NCBI GenBank assembly: GCA_001189095.1
Contig: LFCK01000001.1
Location: 149,251-213,250, forward strand
Direction of reading: 5' to 3'
Length of the DNA stretch: 64,000 bases
Source of the DNA: Parcubacteria bacterium C7867-001
Lineage (GTDB): Bacteria; Patescibacteriota; Minisyncoccia; Phycocordibacterales; Phycocordibacteraceae
In this document: positions 48,910-59,457 of the stretch, in pieces
Position numbering within the stretch: the stretch's first letter is position 1
Layout of the letters: every line of letters starts with the position of its first letter
Notes under the pieces: generated by a model
Database searches by the model: none
What the model was told of the DNA's origin: nothing
Seen by the model: only the letters and a program-made list of their open reading frames with translations
Translations under genes and position numbers: made by a program

Positions 48910-50004
48910 TTGCCTTCAATCTTTTTCTCCCGTTCTAAAGCTAATGCTAAGAAGCGCGGTACATACAAAGTTTATAGTTCGGTAGCAGCGGTTTTCGCTC
49001 TATCCTTTTTTATTCATATTGTGTCGCCGCAGTCTGTAGACGGCATTTTTCCTTTTCCACATACAGCACACGCTCAATCTGACGGCGAGGGTGGCATGAT
49101 TCATGACCCAACTATTGACCTGCTCGAAGCTGCCGTAAATTTCGACCCCAATCCAAACAAGGGTGACCATGAAATGGAACTCGCTGGAGGTATAGCACTC
49201 TTGCCTCACGGAGATATTCCGGAGGGCGAAGTCGGGGCATTAGACTCGAAAGCTTCTTCACCAAACAAAACAGGTATTGCAATCTATACCGTTAAGAAAG
49301 GTGACTCGCTCTCAGAGATTGCAGAGGAGTACGGTGTGTCTACAAAAACTATTCTGTGGGCGAACGATATACGAGATGCAAGCACTATTGGTATTGGAGA
49401 CGAGCTCATTATTCTTCCAGTCACAGGTGTTCAGCATAAAGTAGTGAGAGGGGAAACACTTCAATCTATCGCCAAGAAGTACGGTTCGGATGTAACTGAT
49501 ATTGCGCTCTACAACGGCATTAGCGAAAGCAAGGGTCTTATCGCAGGTTCCGAGATCATTGTCCCGGGCGGCGCATTCCCATCAGCTTCTCCAAAGAGTG
49601 TGGCAAGCACCGGTTCATCTAAGAAAAGTACTGCTTCAGCAAAGTCTTCAAGTACCTCTTCCTCATCAGGCAAGTTTGGGAACCCTCTCCCTGGTGGAGC
49701 TATCACGCAGGCAAATCATGGGTACAACGCCGTAGATATAGATGGTGAAACAGGAGACCCTATTTACGCTTCGGCAGGTGGTACGGTCCTTGTTGCTAAA
49801 GGAAGTGGCTGGAATGGTGGATACGGGAATTACGTAGTTATTGAACATGGAGGGGGAGCACAGACGCTCTATGCACACATGTCGAATGTTGCTGCGTCTG
49901 GCTCAGTATCTAAGGGTGATGTTATTGGGTACGTAGGAAATACAGGCAAGTCCACTGGGTCTCATCTTCACTTCGAGGTGCGAGGAGCAAGTAATCCTTT
50001 ATAA
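48910..50004 (+). CDS. LysM x2 plus M23 peptidase
   Basis: YTVKKGDSL..IA, AVDI, GGYGNYVVIEH, YAH, STGSHLHFEV; start uncertain. Confidence 0.9.
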   Translation: MPSIFFSRSKANAKKRGTYKVYSSVAAVFALSFFIHIVSPQSVDGIFPFPHTAHAQSDGEGGMIHDPTIDLLEAAVNFDPNPNKGDHEMELAGGIALLPHGDIPEGEVGALDSKASSPNKTGIAIYTVKKGDSLSEIAEEYGVSTKTILWANDIRDASTIGIGDELIILPVTGVQHKVVRGETLQSIAKKYGSDVTDIALYNGISESKGLIAGSEIIVPGGAFPSASPKSVASTGSSKKSTASAKSSSTSSSSGKFGNPLPGGAITQANHGYNAVDIDGETGDPIYASAGGTVLVAKGSGWNGGYGNYVVIEHGGGAQTLYAHMSNVAASGSVSKGDVIGYVGNTGKSTGSHLHFEVRGASNPL

Positions 50005-50030
50005 GCTTGATTTCAATCGGTATTTTTCTG

Positions 50031-51359
50031 TTATGCGACCGTTATTTTTTTATCTTTCAGAAATAGTTTGGTCTTGAGACATGAGAGCATCTCTCGCTTC
50101 TCGAATATCGTTCCTTCTTTCAGCAGGTACTTTGCGTAGTTCCTGATATCCACGTCTGGTGTTTGAACATCCTTCTTGTGTCCCAGCACACCCACTCTAA
50201 ATTTGTTGAATCGTGCTAGTTCTTGCTCTATCCGCGAGTGCATTCCTAGCTCATCCAGACTCAGTGTGTCCATAAGCTCCACCAGCCCGTCTATAAGTAG
50301 AGTCTCGTTGATATAGGGATTCTGGCATTCATCCCTACCTATCTTGCTACAGAAGTAGTACACATGCCGATTCACCCCTCCATCTTTAAGCTTCTTAAAC
50401 TTCTCGTCAGCAGTAATTCCTGAGGTGCAGTACCCGCATCGAATCAGCTTCGTGAAGGCGAACTCTTTACTCTCGGTTTTCGGTACGTACTTCTGGTCTA
50501 AGGCAACCTGCACCTTGTCGAACAGTTCTTTATCAATGACTGGGCTATGTCGTCCCGTGTACCAGTTACCACTCCCGACAGGGTACTCAAACTCCCCATA
50601 GTAGTACGGGTTCCGTAATATGAGGTAGATGTTTGCGAGCACGAGCGGTTTTCCGCGGTGCGTTTTGAATCCAGTATCCTCGAGCCATCGGTGTAGCTTT
50701 CTTCCGCTCCATTGTTCGTGCGCGACTTTCTCATACATCTGCCGAATCACATGTCCTCGCTTCGGATCTATTCTCGACTGGCATTTCTTATCAACATTCT
50801 TCTCATTCAAATAACCCGTGGGTGCGACTCCTGGTCGAAGTCCCATCTCACACCTCGTGCGAAGTCCACGTTTTACGTTCACCGCCTTGTTGTCATTCTC
50901 GAGCTTTGCCTGACTTCCTAGAATCATCAATAGAAACTTCTCATTCGGATTATTGGTGAATCGCTGTCCGTAGGTGCGTATTTCTACCAACTTCCCCTGA
51001 TCCATCAAATCCACCACCGACCCTAAGTCCCCAGCATTACGCGCCAGACGGTCGGGTGCCCACGTCAGGATGCCGTTGTACTTACCCTCACGAAGCTCGG
51101 CGAGCATTTCGTTGTATATCGGTCTTTGTCCAACCTCCTTAGAGGAGTGCGATTCTCGCTTGGTCTCTATTATGGTCAGTCCATCCCGCTCAGCTAAATT
51201 CAACATCTCCTTAACTTGCGATTCTATTGATAATGCCTGCTTATCCTCGGCTTCCGTCGATTTCCTCGCGTAGAGGCAGTATTTGATGGCTACTGCCTCT
51301 ATAAGAGGGACAGGTCTCGAAACCCCTTGTTTACGCTCACTTATTGCTATTTGTGTCAT
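50031..51359 (-). CDS. Large serine recombinase
   Basis: YARKSTE catalytic Ser, DRLARN, recombinase domain, CxxC zinc ribbon. Confidence 0.92.
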   Translation of the reverse strand: MTQIAISERKQGVSRPVPLIEAVAIKYCLYARKSTEAEDKQALSIESQVKEMLNLAERDGLTIIETKRESHSSKEVGQRPIYNEMLAELREGKYNGILTWAPDRLARNAGDLGSVVDLMDQGKLVEIRTYGQRFTNNPNEKFLLMILGSQAKLENDNKAVNVKRGLRTRCEMGLRPGVAPTGYLNEKNVDKKCQSRIDPKRGHVIRQMYEKVAHEQWSGRKLHRWLEDTGFKTHRGKPLVLANIYLILRNPYYYGEFEYPVGSGNWYTGRHSPVIDKELFDKVQVALDQKYVPKTESKEFAFTKLIRCGYCTSGITADEKFKKLKDGGVNRHVYYFCSKIGRDECQNPYINETLLIDGLVELMDTLSLDELGMHSRIEQELARFNKFRVGVLGHKKDVQTPDVDIRNYAKYLLKEGTIFEKREMLSCLKTKLFLKDKKITVA

Positions 51360-51516
51360 ACAACCACATTGATGACGCCGAACCCCATACGAGTCTAGAG
51401 CGGCTAAGACGCGTTGGAGTTGGCAGAGTCTGCCAGAGATTACTCTTTGTGTAGGCTGTAAATCAGGAGTAAAATGAAGCAAATGAGGCAAGCAAAAGTA
51501 AACGTATTTATTACAC

Positions 51517-52125
51517 ATGCAAGACGATCCATTTCTAGGAACTAAGGACGGGCTTAGTGTCCTAGGTGGAGAAGTATCTAATTTTTACCAATTAGGATTT
51601 GGTCAACTTGATATCAGCGAAGAGGAAATTAGTAAAGCTGGGCGATTGATACATGTTTTGTCGATTATAAAGCTTGAAGGATTACGTCCAGAAAAGTATC
51701 CCGCGAAGGGTGTAACGAATGATCATCACAGGCATTTACAAGGTGCATTATTCGCTTTTGGAACTGAAGGAGTTAATCACGAATGGAGAGAACACTCCGC
51801 ATCATCTATACGAGAAATGATTTCAGGCTTTGCTTCGTCTGAACTGGAATTTAATGAGAACGTAAGTAAGTATGGGACTAATCAGAATACTAATTCAGAT
51901 GAACTTAAAAAGATAGAATCGGCTTGTAAAAAAATAAAGAAGTACTACCAATTTTTTACTGGCGTAACACATCATCAACAGGCAGCCATTACTAATGGAT
52001 TCCGTCAATTAGAAGATTTAAGTGCAGAAAATGAAAGATGCTTGAGCGTCGATAGTTTTAAATTAGTGTTCAAACATTTCTTTATTGATTTGAAGAAAAT
52101 CATTACAGTATTTCCAGACCTATGA
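51517..52125 (+). CDS. Hypothetical protein, possible HEPN-like or pPIWI-associated nuclease-type effector
   Basis: LQGAL...N.EW.EHSASSIRE and FTGVTHH motifs. Confidence 0.55.
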   Translation: MQDDPFLGTKDGLSVLGGEVSNFYQLGFGQLDISEEEISKAGRLIHVLSIIKLEGLRPEKYPAKGVTNDHHRHLQGALFAFGTEGVNHEWREHSASSIREMISGFASSELEFNENVSKYGTNQNTNSDELKKIESACKKIKKYYQFFTGVTHHQQAAITNGFRQLEDLSAENERCLSVDSFKLVFKHFFIDLKKIITVFPDL

Positions 52126-55064
52126 AACAGCTTCAATTACATCGCAAAATAGATGAGTTTTTGAAAGCAGGAATTGCAACCGCGTCTGTTGATGTTGCGC
52201 AAGGGTTTATTCATGGTAACGAAGACTCAAAGCGGTATTTCTTTGCACAGGCAAATGAGTCTTGGCTAAGATGGTTCTTCGATAATGGTCTCTTTGAGGA
52301 ACTTAAGAAAAAAGCCGAAGATCCGACTAAGTACGGATACCGTCTTTCAGAACTTGAGTATCTAACAAGAATGGCGGATAAAGAGCCTCAGACTGTAGTG
52401 GATATTATTCTTTCCATCTCTATCACCAAGGACACCTTCAATCCTGAGGTAATAGATAGATTTTTCTGGATTACAGGACTACTGCCAATCACTCAAATAA
52501 AACAGATTCTACCAAAGATTCTCTCTGAAAATTGGTTGTTGCTGATGTCACCATTTAGTAAGTCTGGATACGAGTATCAGAAGATGGTCGAGAAGCTAAG
52601 TGAAGCTAAGGATTATGACGCTCTCCTTATTCTCACTCAAATCATTCTCACCGTTCGTGCAAAAGAAGAGTTCGCTGACTCGGAACGCTTTTTCATATCG
52701 GATAAATTGTTCTACCTTGGCGATATCAACGCTACGGGTATATTTGATGTAATCACAAATACTGAGAATCCAAAGAAAGAGGAGTTTTTGAAGGTTACCC
52801 TAGACACCCTCGCGATAGTTGTTGATTTGGGTAAAGAAAGAGAAGAGACTGTCTTTGATAAAACGGAACCGTTTTATTTACTCGATGTCGATATATTTGC
52901 TCTTGAACTTGATACGGGTAAGCGGTCTCATCTAAGAGAAGACATTCAAAATCTTGTTGCAACAGCTAAAGTTCTTGTTCGCTCTACAATCGGCTCTCTC
53001 TGTGAGAACGAGTTAGAAACAAGGCGAATATACGATACATATATTGCGACCCTGCCAGATAGTCTTACTTGCTGGAGATTGAAGCTCTACTCGATTACTC
53101 GTTGCCCCGAGGTCTTTAAAGTTGAAATCAAAGAGGCGTTATTCCGCGCATTCAATGTGGGAGAAAGATATTTTGAAATCGATGGAGGTGCCGAGTACCA
53201 TAGAGGTCTCATTGCTGGTTTTGGTGCACTTGATGATGCGACAAAAAGAGAGTATGTCAGCAAAGTCATTGAATATTACGGCGCTACTTTAGACGATAAG
53301 GATCGAGAGGGGTGGAGAAAGAGAGATGGTCTAGAGATATTAGGCTATATCAAAACTTATCTAACTCCAGAAGAATTCACAATCTCTGAACCAATCTTGG
53401 GAGTTATACCTACGGGTGAGGTTGTTGTACCACATCCGTCAGTCGGAAAAGTCACTAGTGGAATGGTACTCCACAAATCACCGTTTAACCCAGCAGATAT
53501 TACAATCGACGAACTCATTAATCACCTTAAAACTGACTCAACACCGAAAGCACTTAATGAGCAGTACAAGAATGACGATTTCCTCAGCCCGCGCGGAGCT
53601 GAGGGACTTAGTGATGCAATAAAAGAAGATTTTAAAATACGAAGAGTTGAGTATTTGAGCAATCTCAATAAGTTCTTTGACCGTGATGCAATTGACCCCG
53701 TGTATGTTTATGGACTTCTTCGTCAGGTAGAAGACATGCTTCGAGCAAAAGAAGCATTTAGTACTACTGAATATCTTCAGTTAATAAGCTTCTTTACTCT
53801 CATCGAACAATCTGGAACAGAGGTCGAATTTGAGCCAGCAGAGGAAAGACCTTACTGGGCTGACTGGATAACTGTGCACAAATCTATGGCAGATGTGTTA
53901 CTTGAGATTCTTGCACTAATGAAAGATTCCCAGACATTCAAAGATAATAGAGCACAAATATTCTCCTTGGTTAAATATCTTCTTTCCATCAAGAGTAGCC
54001 CTGATGCAGAGGACGATAAACGAGAATCAAATGAGCCAGCTCATGTAGCCATCAATTCCGTGCGTGGCCAGGCGTATAGAGCGTTCGTACAATTCACCTA
54101 TAACGAAGGAAATAAAACATTGTCGGAGGACGTAAAGACTCTCTACGAGCATGTGTTGGCTACTGATAGCTCAAACGCAGTCAGGTTTACGATAGGTCAA
54201 TTTTTGGCATCATTCTATTTCCGCGACATCCCGTTTATTACAAGTCTATTTCCAAAGCTATTCCCGAAAGCAGAAGCCGGTAAAGAAAAGGCTTACTTCG
54301 CGACATGGGAAGGGTATCTCGCGAGCTCGCTATACAAAGAGCTTTTTGAAGCACTTAGGGAATATTACGAATATGCAATAAACATCGATCCAGAGACGTA
54401 CCCTGATCGGAAATACCTCAAAGGATTAGATGAAACTCTTGCTGTCCATATCGCACTTGCGTACGCGCACTTCGATTTCAACATAGGTGATCCTTTGTTT
54501 GATCTATTCTGGAATACTGCTAATGAGACCCGTCATTACGAGTTCGTGTCATTTGTTGGGCGAACTTGTATCACTCGAAGTCAGGCTGGCGATGCTTGGT
54601 TTGCTGAAAATAATGTAAGCAAAGAAAAGCTCATTGAGTTCTGGAATTGGATTATTGCTACAGATATTCCGATTGAATCAAAAGCGTTTTCGGGCTTTGG
54701 GTTCTGGATAAATCCTGACAAGGAAATCATTGATGAGAAGATACTCATCCAAAACCTTTCAACTACTCTTGAAAAATCCGAGGGTGAGGTTGATTGGGAT
54801 TACGGTCTAACCCGTAGAATAAAAGTATTTGCTGAAATTGATCCAGAAAATACGCTCGAAATAATTCGACACTTCTTGTTGCAGGGTAACGAACTGAATT
54901 CGCATAGACGAGCACCTTTATTCAGTATTGATACTGAAATCAAAGAAGCTCTCGAGATTATCTATACGAACGAGCGACTAAAACAGGGTGTCGAAGACCT
55001 CATCAATCTTCTCATTGAAAGGGGTAGTAGTGTCTTCTGGGGGCTCAAAGACATCCTCAAATAG
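52122..55064 (+). CDS. Large alpha-helical hypothetical protein (980 aa), possible defence sensor
   Basis: ATGA overlap with the upstream gene; WL.W....GLF...EYL.R.A..EP..V and AINSVRGQA; no Walker A. Confidence 0.7.
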   Translation: MKQLQLHRKIDEFLKAGIATASVDVAQGFIHGNEDSKRYFFAQANESWLRWFFDNGLFEELKKKAEDPTKYGYRLSELEYLTRMADKEPQTVVDIILSISITKDTFNPEVIDRFFWITGLLPITQIKQILPKILSENWLLLMSPFSKSGYEYQKMVEKLSEAKDYDALLILTQIILTVRAKEEFADSERFFISDKLFYLGDINATGIFDVITNTENPKKEEFLKVTLDTLAIVVDLGKEREETVFDKTEPFYLLDVDIFALELDTGKRSHLREDIQNLVATAKVLVRSTIGSLCENELETRRIYDTYIATLPDSLTCWRLKLYSITRCPEVFKVEIKEALFRAFNVGERYFEIDGGAEYHRGLIAGFGALDDATKREYVSKVIEYYGATLDDKDREGWRKRDGLEILGYIKTYLTPEEFTISEPILGVIPTGEVVVPHPSVGKVTSGMVLHKSPFNPADITIDELINHLKTDSTPKALNEQYKNDDFLSPRGAEGLSDAIKEDFKIRRVEYLSNLNKFFDRDAIDPVYVYGLLRQVEDMLRAKEAFSTTEYLQLISFFTLIEQSGTEVEFEPAEERPYWADWITVHKSMADVLLEILALMKDSQTFKDNRAQIFSLVKYLLSIKSSPDAEDDKRESNEPAHVAINSVRGQAYRAFVQFTYNEGNKTLSEDVKTLYEHVLATDSSNAVRFTIGQFLASFYFRDIPFITSLFPKLFPKAEAGKEKAYFATWEGYLASSLYKELFEALREYYEYAINIDPETYPDRKYLKGLDETLAVHIALAYAHFDFNIGDPLFDLFWNTANETRHYEFVSFVGRTCITRSQAGDAWFAENNVSKEKLIEFWNWIIATDIPIESKAFSGFGFWINPDKEIIDEKILIQNLSTTLEKSEGEVDWDYGLTRRIKVFAEIDPENTLEIIRHFLLQGNELNSHRRAPLFSIDTEIKEALEIIYTNERLKQGVEDLINLLIERGSSVFWGLKDILK

Positions 55065-55140
55065 AGCTGTTGGTAAGAGGGCTTCGCAAGGCCCTATATC
55101 TAAGCTAAGGTTCTAAAAGGTAGCGCAATTTGCTATCATA

Positions 55141-55378
55141 GTCCTTGTACAACAAAGACCTAACCTCTAGAAAACGCTTAGTTTCCTAGAGCATGGTCGG
55201 AATAACAAAACCGCTACAGTATAGAAGGCTCCTCGTCAGAGTCACTGTAGCGGTCGTGTACTCGAAAGGGTATATGGGTTAGGCCGAAAGGTCTGATCGC
55301 AATGGCGGGGAGCCTTCTGTCCCACGACTCTAGGCTCCCTGCTACTTATTAGCAGAAGCTAAAACCGCTACAGTGCAT
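55141..55378 (+). promoter_or_regulatory. Structured switch-like 5' leader
   Basis: Duplicated aaaaccgctacagt with a single complement; GAAA tetraloop hairpins. Confidence 0.55.
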
Positions 55379-56302
55379 ATGAATAAAAGTATACAAATAG
55401 GCGTATTCGCCTTAGGGATATTTATATTCCAAGCAACCAACGTTCACGCAACTGACTATAACTACCTGCCTCCCGATGTTCTCATCAAACAGCAGGAAGC
55501 GCAGTCAGCTCTTGAGTACCGACTGCAAAAACTAGAAGCATCCGTTTCGAGCGATTCGTCTGCATCTATTGCGAGCCTCAAGTCTCGTATATCCCAACTC
55601 GAATCAGAGCGCACAACGGAGAAAAACTATATCTCAGGAGTGTATGCTCAGAGTGGTATTGCCAATCAGCTCGAAGCTAAGTTAGCTGAGATTGATGCGA
55701 AATACGACTCCCATATAAGTAGCCTGAAGTCACAGTTATCGAAACTCGAGAGTTCAAGTTCAAGCCAGTCAAACAACGAGTCAGAGATCCAGTCCCTAAA
55801 GCTCCAGATTGCCCAGCTCAAGGATAAGATCGCCACTCAAGAACTTCAGGTCAGTGAACAGGCGCTCGAAAAGTATCAAACAAAATACGAGTACTCAGAT
55901 GCAGAAGTGTACGAGGTCTTTACCTATATAGATGCACTTGCTCTCCAAGACTCATCCAAGCTGTTCCAGCGCATCAAAGTCAATAATCCAGAAGTAGCGT
56001 CTCGGGTTGTCGCTTTCTACAACCAGAAGTACCCACACGGGAAGCCGGGCACTGCAATTAACGATGAGTACCTCGCTTCGCTTCCAAAGACAACGGCTCC
56101 CACGCCTACAAAAACTCAGGCTGGAGTAGCACCAACTGTTGTACCGAAAGAGGTAGCAACTACCGCGAAGGATTCTGTCCCAGCAGAATGGCAGATCCCT
56201 CCCACTCCTGAACCAGTCATCACTCCACCAGTAGAACCAAAGCCAACGTTCATTCAGAAAGTAATGAGCTTCTTTAGTCGATGGTTTTTCGGAGGAAAGT
56301 AG
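55379..56302 (+). CDS. Secreted coiled-coil protein with Pro/Thr-rich tail
   Basis: Signal peptide ending VHA, heptad repeats, amphipathic C-terminus. Confidence 0.75.
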   Translation: MNKSIQIGVFALGIFIFQATNVHATDYNYLPPDVLIKQQEAQSALEYRLQKLEASVSSDSSASIASLKSRISQLESERTTEKNYISGVYAQSGIANQLEAKLAEIDAKYDSHISSLKSQLSKLESSSSSQSNNESEIQSLKLQIAQLKDKIATQELQVSEQALEKYQTKYEYSDAEVYEVFTYIDALALQDSSKLFQRIKVNNPEVASRVVAFYNQKYPHGKPGTAINDEYLASLPKTTAPTPTKTQAGVAPTVVPKEVATTAKDSVPAEWQIPPTPEPVITPPVEPKPTFIQKVMSFFSRWFFGGK

Positions 56303-56642
56303 TAGTTGTCCACAGCCCATCTTGGGACTAGGTTTTAAATTTCCCTTAAAACATAAAGGATTTTTACAAGGGCTTTCTAATGTTCAAAGTTAGAGACCAG
56401 TGTCTGTATCATTTTTGTGATAGCGTTAGCTCTAGAAGCACCAATCACATCAGACCTGATTCTGTGAGCCTAAGCCACTCGCACAATTAAATAAGCCAAT
56501 AAGTAAATCGTGACTTTCTCTACTTGTAGAGAAAGGTATTTCGATTTCTTTGCGGTTCGTCGAAAACCCACCAGAGAGTCGAAGTTAAACTTCGGAAATC
56601 TGGTGGATTTTTGCTTCTAATTACTTAGCTAATTAGAAAGAC

Positions 56643-57971
56643 ATGAACAAGGAAAACTTGAAGATCGAGTACGTAGCCATTGATCAGTTGAATGTGAACA
56701 CGCAGAATCCCCGTAAGTGGAGTGAAGAGCAGAAGAAACAACTCAAGGAGAGTATCAAGCGGTTCGGAAATGTTGATCCGATAATCGTAAATACCCACGA
56801 AGAGCGGAAGAACATTGTCGTAGGAGGACACTTCAGGCTAGAAGCGTGCAAGGAGCTTGGGTACAAGAATATGCCCGTGGTATTCGTGAACCTCACGCCT
56901 AAAAAGGAAGAGGAGCTCAACCTGCGCCTTAACCGCAACCAAGGAGAATTCAATCTTGAGATGCTCGCTAAATTCGACAGCGCAATGCTCCTTGATATCG
57001 GGTTCGACTCGGAAGACATCGATGAGATATTCCCGTCAGTAAAGCACGACCAAGAATTCAATCTTCAGGACGAACTCGACAAGCTCGATATCACGGTCGA
57101 AGCAAAGAAGGGTGAAGTGTATGACCTCGATGGCTCGCGCCTCATGATTGGCGACTCAACCATCGAAGCAGACATGCTGAAACTGATGGGAGATAACCGG
57201 GCGGATATGGTGCTAACAGATCCTCCCTATATCTTGGACTACCTCAAAGGCAAAGGTCGAGGAAAGGATGGTGCAACAGTGGGTTTCGGTTCCAAGAAGA
57301 ATCGTAGGTACCTTGAGACTGATATTCTACCAGACAACTTCAGCGAGTTGTGGATGGCAAATGTCGCCAAGGTCCAGAAGCCTGACTTCTCAATTATCAT
57401 CTTCGAGAACCCAAAGAACCTGCGAACTATTTGGAACGCACTTGAAGCGCACTGGAAGTACCGTAATACGATAACGTGGCATGTGCCCAATCGTATGCAA
57501 GGATTCTCAGCCGCGAATAAGTTCTTCAATAAGACGGACATTGCGCTCGTAGGAGCGAAAGGTGATGTTGCGCTCAACCTAGAACCAGAAGAAGAGCCGT
57601 TCCAGAACGAGTATGAGAACGCGATCTTCGCCACTTCAGGAAAGGCGCACTTCGAGCCGTATGAGAAAGGAAAGAAGATATGCCCGACTGACTTCATCTC
57701 GCACCCAGCGGCAGATAAGAAGTCGTCAGGTCAGGAGATTATCTTCGGCACTAAGCCCATTGAACTCCTCGTTCCGTATCTCAAGGTACTCACCAAGCGA
57801 AATGACCTCATCCTTGAACCGTTCGGTGGAAGCGGGAGCACCCTCATCGCCGCAGTGAAGATGGGTCGCCGGTGCTTCGTCATGGAGAAATCCCACGTCT
57901 ATGCGGAAGTGATTATGAACCGCTGGGAAAAAGAGACAGGCAAGAAGCGTAAGAAAGTCGTAACAGTATGA
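56643..57971 (+). CDS. ParB-N domain fused N6/N4 DNA methyltransferase
   Basis: NPR...VVGGHFRL ParB-like domain; TDPPY; EPFGGSGST. Confidence 0.9.
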   Translation: MNKENLKIEYVAIDQLNVNTQNPRKWSEEQKKQLKESIKRFGNVDPIIVNTHEERKNIVVGGHFRLEACKELGYKNMPVVFVNLTPKKEEELNLRLNRNQGEFNLEMLAKFDSAMLLDIGFDSEDIDEIFPSVKHDQEFNLQDELDKLDITVEAKKGEVYDLDGSRLMIGDSTIEADMLKLMGDNRADMVLTDPPYILDYLKGKGRGKDGATVGFGSKKNRRYLETDILPDNFSELWMANVAKVQKPDFSIIIFENPKNLRTIWNALEAHWKYRNTITWHVPNRMQGFSAANKFFNKTDIALVGAKGDVALNLEPEEEPFQNEYENAIFATSGKAHFEPYEKGKKICPTDFISHPAADKKSSGQEIIFGTKPIELLVPYLKVLTKRNDLILEPFGGSGSTLIAAVKMGRRCFVMEKSHVYAEVIMNRWEKETGKKRKKVVTV

Positions 57972-58354
57972 CGATAAAGGAACGAACGAAGAAGGATAAA
58001 GCACGCGTACTGGAACACTTGAAAGCGATACCGATTATAGAGGTAGCGTGCAAGAAGGCGAACATTGCTCGCGCCACCTACTACCGCTGGCGTACTGAAG
58101 ACCCTGACTTCCTTAGGGACTCAGAAGACGCACTCGAAGAAGGTATCGCGCTCATTAATGATATGACCGAATCCCAGCTCATCGGTCTCATTAAGGAGAA
58201 GAAGTTCCAAGCGGTGCAATTCTGGCTTCGGCATAACCACCAGCGGTTCCTGCTCAAGGAGAAGGAACACTCGCTGTTGAAGCCCCGAAAGGATGTTGCA
58301 CTCTCACGAGACCAAGAGAAGTCACTCAAGAAAGCATTGGCTATGTACGCATAG
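57968..58354 (+). CDS. HTH protein, small-terminase-like
   Basis: ACKKANIARATYYRW...DPDF; A..FWL; lies upstream of the terminase ATPase. Confidence 0.7.
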   Translation: MTIKERTKKDKARVLEHLKAIPIIEVACKKANIARATYYRWRTEDPDFLRDSEDALEEGIALINDMTESQLIGLIKEKKFQAVQFWLRHNHQRFLLKEKEHSLLKPRKDVALSRDQEKSLKKALAMYA

Positions 58355-58375
58355 CTCTCTTTCAGAAGAACGCAT

Positions 58376-59434
58376 ATGAAAAAAGAAACCATACTCCAAA
58401 CCATCATCACTGACAGTGCCGTCAGACGAAGACTCGTGAAAGAATCACACGAGGCGTTTTGTAGTATCTATCTTTCGCACCACATCATGCACCCGTATGC
58501 GTTCTTCCATAAAGAGATGTTCCGCATGACTGAACGAGAAGACGAAAAGCTCTCTGTCGTTATGGCATTCCGTGGCTCAGGCAAATCAACGATTCTGAAC
58601 CTCTCCAATACCATCTGGTCTATCCTCGGTAAGCACCAGAAGAAGTTTGTGCTTATCGTGAGTAAATCAAAGCTTCAGTCTCAGGCGCACTTCCTCAACA
58701 TTAAGTCAGAGCTTGAAGACAACGAGCTACTCAAGCAAGACCTTGGTCCATTTCGGGCGAGTACCACGGAGTGGGGCGCATTCTCTATCGAGCTTCCACT
58801 CTATGGCGCGAAGATAATGTGTATCGGCTCGCTTCAGAATATCCGTGGACTGAAATACAAAAGCCAGCGCCCAGACCTAATCATCTGTGACGATATGGAA
58901 GATACACTCTCCGTGCAGGATGGTGAGACCAGATGGAATCTGTATGAATGGTTCTTGAATGAAGTGATGCCCATCGGAGACGAGAAGACACGAATCCTTG
59001 TGCTGGGAAATCTCGTTGGTAGAGTGTCCCTTATGATCCGACTCAAGAAGCTGATGATGCACGATAAATTGCAAGGCACGTACTACGCGTATCCGCTTCT
59101 TGATAACCACAACCGCATACTCTGGCCTCAACGGTATTCGATAGCCGAAGTGGAGAAACTACGTGATGCGCTCACTGATAAGGACGCACACAGAATGTAC
59201 CGACTCTTTGACCGAGACTATAAACTCAACATGTCCTGCGTACGAGATCCGCTTACCCCTATTCCATACGTATCTCATCCCGTCACCAATACCTCCACCA
59301 AGAAAGAAGACTTCCGCATAACCGCACCGCTCTGGGCGGTGGGCAATCGTGTCTTTGAGGACATGGAAAACATTGATGACCTCGACGGTTGGGACGAGGA
59401 GACGGTAGTGCCGAATGTGGGGCAGGAGTACTAA
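58376..59434 (+). CDS. Terminase large subunit-like ATPase (C-terminal nuclease apparently absent)
   Basis: AFRGSGKST Walker A, RG.....RPDLIICDDMED Walker B, LWP. Confidence 0.75.
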   Translation: MKKETILQTIITDSAVRRRLVKESHEAFCSIYLSHHIMHPYAFFHKEMFRMTEREDEKLSVVMAFRGSGKSTILNLSNTIWSILGKHQKKFVLIVSKSKLQSQAHFLNIKSELEDNELLKQDLGPFRASTTEWGAFSIELPLYGAKIMCIGSLQNIRGLKYKSQRPDLIICDDMEDTLSVQDGETRWNLYEWFLNEVMPIGDEKTRILVLGNLVGRVSLMIRLKKLMMHDKLQGTYYAYPLLDNHNRILWPQRYSIAEVEKLRDALTDKDAHRMYRLFDRDYKLNMSCVRDPLTPIPYVSHPVTNTSTKKEDFRITAPLWAVGNRVFEDMENIDDLDGWDEETVVPNVGQEY

Positions 59435-59457
59435 TCATTGTCTGATAAAATACAGCA

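Noticed and set aside
56306-56314. DnaA-box-like TTGTCCACA inside the island
   Set aside because: A single mismatched copy is insufficient to call an origin.
56643-59434. Intact prophage
   Set aside because: No portal, capsid, tail or lysis genes within the att-like boundaries.
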